Origin: Mobula hypostoma
Lineage: Eukaryota
NCBI RefSeq assembly: GCF_963921235.1
Contig: NC_086097.1
Coordinates: forward strand, 229,278,001-229,342,000
Reading direction: 5' to 3'
DNA: 64,000 bases
Both the position numbers and the translations under genes were made by a program. This document shows, in pieces, positions 12,373 through 23,667 of this stretch (the first letter of the stretch is position 1; the number at the start of each line of letters is the position of its first letter). The notes below the pieces were generated by a model. It saw nothing but the letters and a program-made list of their open reading frames with translations. It searched no databases and had not been told where the DNA came from.

Positions 12373-13628
12373 CCTTCATTGATAAATCTACCTTTTGTTA
12401 TTCACTTAAGCAAATAACTATCGAAGAAGCTATTGGCTCTAATGTTGAGTTTTGAGATATTGCCGTTTGAGGGAACGGTGGGGGAGGGGGTAATGATCCA
12501 GAATGGTATTCTCTTGGCAGAGCAGTATAAATGGGAGGCAGTGGATGGTGAATATGATGATGACTGAGAAATACAAGCAGTCTAAGGCAGGTACAGATGA
12601 TCTTGAACACCAATTATATTCCTGAGGTCCCAGGGAAGGGCATAGAACAAAGAAGCACGACAATACACAAAGAAAGGAAGGTAATGCTGTTGTTGGTAAT
12701 GGGGCTGGCATTACATGAGTCAGTGCAGAGTTGACATAAGCAAGATTTCACATAAGGTCATAATGAAAACCAAGATTAGATAGAAACATAGAAAACCTAC
12801 AGCACAATACAGGCCCTTTGGCCCACAAAGTTGTGCCGAACATGTCCCTACCTTAGAAATTACTAGGCTTACCCATAGCCTTCTATTTTGCTAAGCTCCA
12901 TGTACCTATCCAAAAGGATCTTAAAAGACCCTATCGTATCCGCCTCCACCACCGTTACTGGCAGCCCATTCCACGCATTCACCACTCTCTGCATAAAAAA
13001 CTTACCCCTGACGTCTCCTCTGTACCTACTCCCCAGCACCTTAAACCTGTGCCCTCTTGTGGCAGCCATTTCAGCCCTGGGAAAAAGCCTCTGACTATCA
13101 ACACAATCAATGCCTCTCATCATCTAATAAGCCTCTATCAGGACACCTCTCATCCTCCATCACTGCAAGGAGAAAAGTCCGAGTTCATTCAACGTGTTTT
13201 CATAAGGCATTCTCCCCAATTCAGGCAACATCCTTGTAAATCTCCTCTGCACCCTTTCTATGGTTTTCACATCCTTCCTGTAGTGAGGTGACCAGAACTG
13301 AGCACAGTACTCCAAGTGGGGTCTGACCTGGGTCCTATATAGCTGCAACATTACCTTTCGGCTCCTAAATTCAATACCACAATTTGAAGAAGGCCAATAC
13401 ACCGTATGCCTTCTTGACCAGAGTCAACCTGCGCAGCTGCTTTGAGCGTCCTATGGACTCAGACCCCAAGATCCCTATGATCCTCCACACTGCTAAGAGT
13501 CTTACCATTAATACTATATTCTGCCATCATATTTGATCTGCTAAAATGAACCACCTCACACTTATCTGGATTGAACTGCATCTGCCACTTCTCAGCCCAG
13601 TTTTGCATCCTATCAATGTCTTGCTGTA

Positions 13629-15622
13629 TTGATTATGGGGAGCAAGGACATGGCAGACCAATTGAATAATTACTTTGGTTCTGTCTTCACTAAGGAGGAC
13701 ATAAATAATCTTCCGGAAATAGTAGGGGACAGAGGGTCCAGTGAGATGGAGGAACGGAGGGAAATACATGTTAGTAGGGAAGTGGTGTTAGGTAAATTGA
13801 AGGGATTAAAGGCGGATAAATCCCCAGGGCCAGATGGTCTGCATCCCAGAGTGCTTAAGGAAGTAGCCCAAGAAATAGTGGATGCATTAGTGATAATTTT
13901 TCAAGACTCTTTAGATTCTGGACTAATTCCTGAGGATTGGAGGGTGGCTAATGTAACCCCACTTTTTAAGAAAGGAGGGAGAGAGAAACCAGGGAATTAT
14001 AGACCGGCAACACACATCAAAGTTGCTGGTGAACGCAGCAGGCCAGGCAGCATCTCTAGGAAGAGGTGCAGTCGACGTTTCAGGCCAAGACCCTTAAACG
14101 TCGACTGCACCTCTTCCTAGAGATGCTGCCTGGCCTGCTGCGTTCACCAGCAACTTTGATGTGTGTTGCTTGAATTTCCAGCATCTGCAGAATTCCTGTT
14201 GTTTGTGTTTTTAAATTATAGACCGGTTAGCCTAACATCGGTGGTGGGGAAACTGCTAGAGTCAGTTATCAAAGATGTGATAACAGCACATTTGGAAAAC
14301 GGTGAGATCATCGGACAAAGTCAGCATGGATTTGTGAAAGGAAAATCATGTCTGACGAATCTCATAGAATTTTTTGAGGATGTAACTAGAGAGTGGATAG
14401 GGGAGAACCAGTGGATGTGGTATATTTGGATTTTCAAAAGGCTTTTGACAAGGTCCCACACAGGAGATTAGTGTGTAAACTTAAGGCACACAGTATTGGG
14501 GGTAAGGTATTGATGTGGATAGAGAATTGGTTGGCAGACATGAAGCAAAGAGTGGGAATAAATGGGACCTTTTCAGAATGGCAGGCAGTGACTAGTGGGG
14601 TACCGCAAGGCTCAGTGCTGGGACCCCAGTTGTTTACAATATATATTAATGACTTGGATGAGGGAATTAAATGCAGCATCTCCAAGTTTGCGGATGATAC
14701 GAAGCTGGGCAGCAGTGTTAGCTGTGAGGAGGATGCTAAGAGGATGCAGGGTGACTTGGATAGGTTAGGTGAGTAGGCAAATTCATGGCAGATGCAATTT
14801 AATGTGGATAAATGTGAAGTTATCCACTTTGGTGGCAAAAATAGGAAAACAGATTATTATCTGAATGGTGGCCGATTAGGAAAAGGTGAGGTGCAACGAG
14901 ACCTGGGTGTCATTATACACCAGTCATTGAAATTGGGCATGCAGGTACAGCAGGCGGTGAAAAAGGCGAATGGTATGCTGGCATTTATAGCAAGAGGATT
15001 CAAGTACAGGAGCAGGGAGGTACTACTGCAGTTGTACCAGGCCTTGGTGAGACCACACCTGGAGTATTGTGTGCAGTTTTGGTCCCCTAATCTGAGGAAA
15101 GATATCCTTGCCATAGAGGGAGTACAAAGAAGGTTCACCAGATTGATTCCTGGGATGGCAGGACTTTCATATGATGAAAGACTGGATGAACTAGGCTTAT
15201 ACTCATTGGAATTTAGAAGATTGAGGGGGGATCTGATTGAAACGTAGAAAATCCTAAAGGGATTGGACAGGCTAGATGCAGGAAGATTGTTCCCGATGTT
15301 GGGGAAGTCCAGGACGAGGGGTCACAGTTTGAGGATAGAGGGGAAGCCTTTTAGGACTGAGATTAGGAAAAACTTCTTCACACAGAGAGTGGTGAATCTG
15401 TGGAATTCTCTGCCACAGGAAACTGTTGAGGCCAGTTCATTGGCTATGTTTAAGAGGGAGTTAGATATGGCCCTTGTGGCTACAGGGGTCAGGGGGTATG
15501 GAGGGAAGGCTGGTACAGGGTTCTGAGTTGGATGATCAGCCATGATCATACTGAATGGTAGTGCAGGCTCGAAGGGCCGAATGGCCTACTCCTGCACCTA
15601 TTTTCTATGTTTCTATGTTTCT
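13629..15622 (+). mobile_element. Young 5'-truncated CR1 LINE
   Basis: Nearly open RT ([27 protein letters not shown]); (tttctatg)n tail; highly similar to 51882-53613. Confidence 0.95.
14008..14213 (+). mobile_element. Short fold-back Penelope-like insertion
   Basis: Inverted arms ~14007-14080 / 14096-14169 plus 3' tail; 13-bp TSD aattatagaccgg (13995-14007, 14214-14226). Confidence 0.9.
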
Positions 15623-17058
15623 AACCCCTGACAGCCCTCCACACTATCCACAACACCCCCAACCTTTGTGTCATCAGCAAACTTACTAACCTATCCCTCC
15701 ACTTCCTCATCCAGGTCATTTATAAAAATCACGAAGAGTAAGGGTCCCAGAACAGATCCCCGAGGCACACCACTGGTCACCGACCCCCATGCAGAATATG
15801 ACCCATCTACAACCACTCTTTGCCTTCTGTGCGCAAGCCAGTTCTGGATCAACAAAGCGATGTCCCCTTGGATCCCATGCCTCCTTACTTTCTCAACAAG
15901 ACTTACATGGGGTACCTTATCAAATGCCTTCCTGAAATCCATATACACTACATCTACTGCTCTTCCTTCATCAATGTGTTTAGTCACATCCTCAAAAAAA
16001 TTCAATCAGGCTCGTAAGGCACGACCTGCCCTTGACAAAGCCATGCTGACTATTCCTAATCATATTATGCCTCTCCAAATGTTCAAAAATCCTGCCTCTC
16101 AGGATCTTCTCCATCAACTTACCAACCACTCATGTAAGACTCACTGGTCTATAATTTCCTGGGCTAACTCTACTCCCTTTCTTGAATAAAGGAACAAAAT
16201 CTGCAACCCTCCAATCCTCCGGAACCTCTCCCATCCCCATTGATGATGCAAGGGTCATCGCCAGAGGCTCAGCAATCTCCTCCCTCGCCTCCCACAGTAG
16301 CCTGGGGTACATCTCATCTGGTCCCGGCGACTTATCCAACTTGATGCTTTCCAAAAGCTCCAGCACATCTTCTTTCTTAATATCTACATGCTCAAGCTTT
16401 TCAGCCCACTGCAAGTCATCCCTACAATCGCCAAGATCCTCTTCTGTGGTGAATACTGAAACAAAGTATTCATTAAGTACCGCTGCTATCTCCTGTGGTT
16501 CCAGACACACTTTCCCACTGTCACACTTGATTGATCCTATTCTTTCATGTCTTATCCTCTTGCTCTTCACATTCTTGTAGAATGCCTTGGGGCTTTCCTT
16601 AATCCTGCCCGCCAAGGCCTTCTCATGGCCCCTTCTGGCTCTCCTAATTTCCTTCTTAAGCTCCTTCCTATAATCTTCTAGATCTCTAACATTACCTAGC
16701 TCTTTGAACCTTTCGGATGCTTTTCTTTTCTTCTTGACTAGATTTACTACAGCCTTTGTACACCACAGCTCCTGTACCCTACCATAACTTCCCTGTCTCA
16801 TTGGAACGTACTTATGCAGAACTCCACACAAATATCCCCTAAACATTTGCCACATTTCTTCCGTACCTTTCCCTGAGAACATCTGTTTCTAATTTAAGCT
16901 TCCAAGTTCCTGCCTGATAGCCTCATAATTCCCCTTACTCCAATTAAACACTTTTCTAACTTCAAACAACAGGAATTCTGAAGATGCTGGAAATTCAAGC
17001 AACATACATCAAAGTTGCTGAACGCAGCAGGCCAAGCAGCATCTATAGGAAGAGGCGC

Positions 17059-17094
17059 AGTCGACGTTTCAGGCCGAGACCCTTCGTCAGGACT
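17059..17094 (-). ncRNA. Minimal type I hammerhead ribozyme motif (PLE-associated)
   Basis: Reverse complement AGUC-CUGACGA-AGGGUCUCGGCCU-GAAAC-GUC-GACU. Confidence 0.8.
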
Positions 17095-18053
17095 AACTGA
17101 AGGAAGAGTGAGTAAGGGATTTGAAAGCTGGAGGGGGAGGGGGAGATGCAAAATGATAGGAGAAGACAGGAGGGGGAGGGATAGAACCGAGAGCTGGACA
17201 GGTGATAGGCAAAAGGGGATACGAGAGGATCATGGGACAGGAGGTCCGGGAAGAAAGACAAGGCGGGGGGGTGACCCAGAGGATGGGCAAGAGGTATATT
17301 CAGAGGGACAGAGGGAGAAAAAGGAGAGTGAGAGAAAGAATGTGTGCATAAAAATGAGTAACAGATGGGGTACGAGGGGGAGGTGGGGCCTTAGCGGAAG
17401 TTAGAGAAGTCGATGTTCATGCCATCAGGTTGGAGGCTATTCACTTCACCTGTGAGTTGACTGGGGTGATATACTGCGTCCGGTGCTCCCGATGTGGCCT
17501 TTTATATATTGGTGAGACCCGACGCAGACTGGGAGACCGCTTTGCTGAACATCTACGCTCTGTGCGCCAGAGAAAGCAGGATCTCCCAGTGGCCACACAT
17601 TTTAATTCCACATCCCATTCCCATTCTGACATGTCTATCCATGGCCTCCTCTACTGTAAAGATGAAGCCACACTCAGGTTGGAGGAACAACACCTTATAT
17701 TCCGTCTGGGTAGCCTCCAACCTGATGGCATGAACATCGACTTCTCTAACTTCCGCTAAGGCCCCACCTCCCCCTCGTACCCCATCTGTTACTCATTTTT
17801 ATGCACACATTCTTTCTCTCACTCTCCTTTTTCTCGCTCTGTCCCTCTGAATATACCTCTTGCCCATCCTCTGGGTCACCCCCCCCTTGTCTTTCTTCCC
17901 GGACCTCCTGTCCCATGATCCTCTCGTATCCCCTTTTGCCTATCACCTGTCCAGCTCTCGGCTCTATCCCTCCCCCTCCTGTCTTCTCCTATCATTTTGC
18001 ATCTCCCCCTCCCCCTCCAGCTTTCAAATCCCTTACTCACTCTTCCTTCAGTT

Positions 18054-18089
18054 AGTCCTGACGAAGGGTCTCGGCCTGAAACGTCGACT
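18054..18089 (+). ncRNA. Minimal type I hammerhead ribozyme motif
   Basis: agtc-ctgacga-agggtctcggcct-gaaac-gtc-gact: conserved core, stems I and II, palindromic ACGU in place of helix III. Confidence 0.8.
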
Positions 18090-18397
18090 GCGCCTCTTCC
18101 TATAGATGCTGCTTGGCCTGCTGCGTTCACCAGCAACTTTTCTAACTTGTCTGTTCCTATCTCTGCAATGCTATTGTAGAGGAGATCGAATTATGATCAC
18201 TATCTCCAAAATGCTCTCCCACTGAAAGATCTGACACCTGACCAGGTTCATTTCCCAATACCAAATCAAGAACAGCCTCTCCTCTTGCAGGCTTATCTAC
18301 ATATTGTGTCAAGTAACCGTCCTGAACACACCTAACAAACTCCACCCCATCTAAACCCCTTACTCTAGGGAGATGCCAATCGATATCTGGGAAATTA

Positions 18398-19250
18398 TTT
18401 TATAGAGGCCAGCATTGGAGGGCAGACCCAAATGCAAGGCTCAGGTACTGAAGACTAGGAATAGGACTAAGTGGGTCAAAAAGCAAGTGAAGTGAGGAAG
18501 AAACAACGCTGGACAAGACACAAGCCCTGGACGAGACTAGGAAAGTGGGACCTGGACAAGGAACTAGGAACTTGGAACCTGGACAAGGACTCCAAGTCAG
18601 AGACTGGACACGGACCCGGAACCTGGGTCTTGACTCAGGCTCAGACTCCAGATCTAGGCAAGGACAAGATGTGACTACAGGACTGGATGTGGAACTCCTG
18701 CACAGAACAAGGCACTGGACAGGACGAGAACCTAAAGCCTTGCTGTGGTCTCTACACAGAGTCAGGACCCCTCCTAGGGAGCAGGACGTAGGGCTAGGAC
18801 TCATACACAGAACACTGAGAGACAGATCTCCACTCAAAGTAGCAGCAAACAGCCAGACCTACCCAGCAGAGGCAAGGGCACAAAGAGACAGTTCCCAACA
18901 CAAGGTAGCAGCAAACAGCCAGACCTACTTAGCAAAGGCATTCACACAAAGGGACAGTTCCAAACAACAAAACACAGTTCCTATCTAGACTCAGCAAGGC
19001 TCCAGTCTTGCTCCAGCAGTAGAACCTGACAGCAATACAGGCAAGGCTATAGGAGGAAGGTGAAAGGGAAGGGAGCAGTCCCGCAAATGAAGCTGAACCC
19101 AGGAGCTATTTATGTAGCCAGCCCAAAATCAGAATCAAGTGCCTTAATTAAGACTCACAACAGGACAAGGGAAAACTGGAAAACCTGGAATACGGATCGA
19201 TGGGCTGGACTGTGAACCAGAATGCGGACTTCACGGACCGGACCGTGACA
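18398..19250 (-). mobile_element. Solo LTR
   Basis: Minus strand starts TGTCACGG; 3' terminus one mismatch from ..ACA; 5-bp TSD aatta (18393-18397, 19251-19255) cleanly splits the CR1 APE; internal 66-bp tandem duplication. Confidence 0.75.
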
Positions 19251-20515
19251 AATTATAATCTCCCACCACGAGAACTCTGTTATTATTATACCTTTCCAGG
19301 ATCTGTTTCCCTATCTGCTCCTCGGTATTCCTGTTACTATTGGGTGGCCTATAAAAAACACCCAGTAGAGTTATTGACCCCTTCCTGTTCCTAACCTCCA
19401 ACCACAGAGACTCCGTAGACAATCCCTCCATGACATCCACCTTTTCTACATTCGTGACACTATCTCTGATCAACAGTGCCACACCCCCACCTCTTTTGCC
19501 TCCCTCCCTGTCCTTTCTGAAACTTCTAAAACCCGGCATTTGAAGTAACCATTCCTGTCCCTGAGCTACCCAAGTCTCTGTAATGGCCACCACATCTCCA
19601 AGTACTGATCCACACTCTAAGCTCATCCGCTTTGTTCACAATACTCCTTGCATTAAAATAGACACATCTCAAACCGTCGGTCTGAGCGCGTCCCTTCTCT
19701 ATCACCTGCCTATCCTCCCTCTCGCACTGTCTCCAAGCTTTCTCTATTTGTGAGCCAGCTGCCCCTTCCGCAGTCTCTTCAGTTCGGTTCCCACCCCCCA
19801 GCATTCTAGTTTAAACTCCCCCGAGTAGCCTTAGCAAACCTTCCTGCCAGGATATTGGTCCCCCTGGGATTCAAGTGCAACTGGTCCTTTTTGTACAGGT
19901 CACACCTGCCCCAAAAGAGGTCCCAATGATCCAGAAATCTGAATCTCTGCCCCCTGCTCCAATTCCTCAGCCACGCATTTATCCTCCACCCCACTCTATT
20001 CCTATTCTCACTGTCATGTGGCACAGGCAGTAATCCCGAGATTACTACCTTTGTGGTGCTGCTTCTCAACTTCCTTCCTAACTCCCTGTAGTCTGTTTTC
20101 ATGACCTCTTCCCTTTTTCTACCTATGTCATTGGTACCAATATGTACCACGACCTCTGGCTCTTCTCCATCCCACTGCAGGATATTGTGGACGCGATCTG
20201 AAACATCCCGGACCCTGGCACCTGGGAGGCAAACTACCATATGAGTTTCTTTCCTGCATCCACAGAATCGCCTGTCTGACCCCCTAACTATGGAGCTTCC
20301 CTATCCCTCTGAGCCACAGGGCTGGACTGTGTGCCAGAGGCACGGCCACTGTCGCTTCCCCTGGTGGGCTGTCCCCCCCCAACAGAACTCAAGCAGGAGT
20401 ACTTATTTTAAAACTGCAAACACAAGGAATTCTGCAGATGCTGGAAATTCAAACAACACACATCAAAGTTGCTGGAGAACGCAGCAGGCCAGGCAGCATC
20501 TCTAGGAAGAGGTAC

Positions 20516-20551
20516 AGTCGACGTTTCGGGCCGAGACCCTTCGTCAGGACT
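20516..20551 (-). ncRNA. Minimal hammerhead ribozyme motif
   Basis: Reverse complement AGUC-CUGACGA-AGGGUCUCGGCCC-GAAACGUC-GACU. Confidence 0.8.
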
Positions 20552-20610
20552 AACTGAAGGAAGATCTAGTAAGAGATCTTGCAAATCTCTTACTAGCTCT
20601 TCCTTCAGTT

Positions 20611-20646
20611 AGTCCTGATGAAGGGTCTCGGCCCGAAACGTCGACT
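20611..20646 (+). ncRNA. Minimal hammerhead ribozyme motif
   Basis: agtc-ctgatga-agggtctcggccc-gaaacgtc-gact. Confidence 0.8.
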
Positions 20647-20989
20647 GTACCTCTTCCTAGAGATGCTGCCTGGCCTGCTGCGTTCTCCAGCAACTTTGAT
20701 GTGTGTTGCAGGAGTACTTATTGTTCAGGGGAACAGCCACAGGCGTACTGTCTAGTACCTGAGTCTTCCCCTTCCCTCTCATGTCTGTTAACCCACTTGT
20801 CTATCTCCCGTGACCCCGGTGTAACCACCTGCCTATAACTCCTTTCTATCGCCTCTTCAGTCTCAATATTTTAATTGAGTGCGGCAAGACCGGAGGAAAT
20901 AGTTGGTGAATATGTGAGCCAACTAAAGAGGTTCAATTTCCAGATCTATTAGATATCTCAAGTAGATAAAAGGGATAATTTTTAAAAAT

Positions 20990-21240
20990 TATTGTTTTTA
21001 TTTGTTATCATTTTGGAGGATCTGTCCTGGGCACAGCATGTAAGTGCCATTACAAAGAAAGCACAGCAGTGTCTCTACTTCCTTAGAAGTTTGCGAAGTT
21101 TCAGCCTGACATCCAGAATGTCGACAAAATGTGTGCCACGGAGTATATTAACTGGTTGCATCACAGCCTGCTATGGAAATTCTACAAAACAGTAATTGTT
21201 ACAACCCAGTCCATCGCAAGTAAAGCCATTGAGCACATCT
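20990..21240 (+). mobile_element. Rex1/Babar RT C-terminal fragment
   Basis: DLSWAQHVSAITKKAQQCLYFLRSLR. Confidence 0.75.
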
Positions 21241-23362
21241 ATTTAGTTGCAGATATGTGCCGAGAAATGGCAGTTGAAATTTAACACAGATAAATGTGAG
21301 TTGTATCTTGATAGATAGGGCAAATGCAAGGAGACAGTACACAATTAAGGGTAAGGTCCCTAACAGTGTTGAGCAGAGAATGTATGTCAAAGAATGTATA
21401 AATTATATAATTTTAAGATTTACTTGCTCACAGATAGCCACAAAGCAAGAAACCCATAAGAACCCAATAAAAGAAAAAAAAGAAGAAACATGAAAGATCA
21501 ACATTTGCTGTGCAAGAGAAAGGAAAAAAATACATATCATGGAAACAATTGAAGTGAACAACAATATCCCAAACCAAAATTGAGTCTAGGCCCAAAGCAT
21601 CGCTTATCAGTTCATCATATTGCCGGGCATGGAGCAAAGCAGCCGGGGCAGGCTTCATAGCCTCAGCACCTTGGGACTGAACATCATGGAGAACGAGTGA
21701 AACCAGCTCTCCTCCCGACCAACTCCCTGTCTTTTTAGTCTATCTGGGCCAGCATTTAAATTGACCATGCAATGGTTCAGTGGAAGACTCCAGTGCCCGG
21801 AAGAGAGGAGTGAAGAACGTGGAGAGCAAGCGAAATTGGCTCTCACCTCCGATCTGGGCCAGTGTTTAAATTGTCTAAACAGTGAATCGTATTTCGCTCT
21901 AGACCCAGCTGCAGTGAAAGGCTCCAGGCCTAGATCACGCAGCCCAGTGACTCACTCCAGGCCCAAGTTTCATTACCCAGCTCGAAACCACTCTCAAGCT
22001 CTTCAAGTCAGCTCAGTGCCCACAGCAATCCAACCTTGCACCCAGGCCAGTTGTATGGGGATCAGAACTCCATCTGCAATGATTTTGCAACACACTATCT
22101 CGGCTCAACCCTCAAATTCTCCTTGTCATCGCTTGCCCCTTCACAGGTTGTGGCGATAATTTAACACAAATTAATTCAGAAAAGGTATATTCAAGATTCC
22201 CCACACTCTTCTAAATTCCTGCAAGTACAAACCCAGAGCCAGAACTCCTTAAACAATAAGCCTTTCATTCTCAGAATCATTCATGTGAAACTCCTCCGAA
22301 CCCTCTCCACTGTCAGCACATCCTTTCTTAAGTGGCGCAAAACTTCTCACAATACTGCAAATGAGGCCTCATATAAAGCCTCAGCATTATATCATTGCTT
22401 TTATATTCTAATCCTCTCAAAATGGATGCTAACATTGCATTCACCTTCCTCACCAACAACTCAACCTGAAAATTAATCTTTCAGAGGTCCTTCACACATA
22501 CTCCCAAGCCCACTTACACCACAGATTTTTGAACTTTTTTTCTCCCCATTTAGAAAATAGTTTATACTTCTATTCTCTCCCAAACACTATATTCCATCTG
22601 GCATATCTTTGCACATTCTCCTAATCCGTTTTAGACTTCCGACAACCTCCTTGCTTCTTCAACACTGGCAACCAATCAGAAAGCGCTCCATTTATTCCCA
22701 CTCTTTGCCTCCAGGGAATCAGCCAGTGCACTATCCTTACTAGTATCTTTCCTGTAATACCACGGGCTGTTATCTTGTTAAGCAGCCTCATGTACAGCAC
22801 CTTATCAAAGGCATCCTGAAGATCCAAGAATGTAACATCCACTGATGTTTATTCTGCTTGTTATTTTCTCAAAGAGTTCCAACAGATTTGTCAGACAAAA
22901 TTTTCCATCAAAGAAACCATGATGACTTTGACCTATGTATGTGCCTCCAAGTACCCTGAAACTACATCCTTAACAATCAACTGTAACATCTTCCCAACCA
23001 CTGAGGTCAGGCTAACAGGCCTATAATTTCCTCCCTTCTTGAAGAGTGGAGTGACATTTGCAATTTTCCAGTCCTCCAGAAATGTGCCAGAATCTAGTGA
23101 TTCTTGAAAGGTCATAGCTAACTACTCTACAATCTCTTCAGCTATCTCTTTCGGTACCCTGGGTTATAGTCCATCTGGTCCAGGTGACTTATCTACCTTC
23201 AGATCGTTCAGTTTCCCAGGCACTTTCTCCCTAGCAATAGCAACTGCACTCACTTCCGCCCCCTGATACTCTTGAATTGCTGGCATACTGCTAGCATCTT
23301 TCACAGTGAAGACTGATGGAAAATACTTGTTTAGTTTGTCCGCCATTTCTTTGTTCCCTGTT

Positions 23363-23548
23363 AGGCCAGTTCATTGGCTATATTTAAGAGGGAGTTAGAT
23401 ATGGCCCTTGTGGCTAAAGGGATCAGGGGTATGGAGGGAGGGCTGGTACAGGGTTCTGAGTTGGATGATCAGCCATGATCATACTGAATGGTGGTGCAGG
23501 CTCGAAGGGCCGAATGGCCTACTCCTGCACCTATTTTCTATGTTTCTA
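23363..23548 (+). mobile_element. Short 3' end of the young CR1 family, nested in an older CR1
   Basis: Near-identical to 15429-15615. Confidence 0.9.
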
Positions 23549-23607
23549 TTACTACCTCTCCATCATCATTTTCCAGTGGTCCAGTATCTACTCTTGCCTC
23601 TTTCTTT

Positions 23608-23609
<2 letters not shown>

Positions 23610-23642
<33 letters not shown>

Positions 23643-23667
23643 GTGTGTGTGTATATATATATATATA
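23610..23667. repeat. Compound microsatellite (CT)n(GT)n(AT)n
   Basis: Seen directly in sequence. Confidence 0.9.

Larger units (their letters stand above)
16963..18135. mobile_element. Fold-back Penelope-like element with a GIY-YIG segment as spacer
   Basis: ~430-bp inverted arms (17011-17439 / 17711-18140); ORF 17430-17759 GVIYC..YIGET; 13-bp TSD acttttctaactt (16950-16962, 18136-18148). Confidence 0.92.
20408..20707 (-). mobile_element. Short fold-back Penelope-like insertion
   Basis: ~125-bp inverted arms centred near 20581; 15-bp TSD gcaggagtacttatt (20393-20407, 20708-20722). Confidence 0.92.
12783..20860 (-). mobile_element. Near full-length CR1 LINE (ORF1 esterase, APE, RT, 3' tail) interrupted by four insertions
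   Basis: Colinear segments 12783-13628, 15621-16962, 18149-18397, 19251-20407, 20723-20860; ORF1 19806-20240 (CLPGARVRD..HIGTND..LHLN), APE 19231-19804, RT 15691-16882. Confidence 0.9.

Noticed and set aside
18500..18970. Short repeats resembling a CRISPR array
   Set aside because: Irregular, no unique spacers, eukaryotic context, no cas genes
18400..18988. Overlapping 145-147 aa ORFs
   Set aside because: They lie in the repetitive interior of a solo LTR and show no protein motifs
19806..20240. SGNH esterase ORF as a captured enzyme
   Set aside because: Esterase domains are an established part of CR1 ORF1
21390..22190. Unassigned segment with a 132-aa ORF
   Set aside because: Resembles a repeat UTR on the minus strand; no recognisable protein and family cannot be assigned by eye
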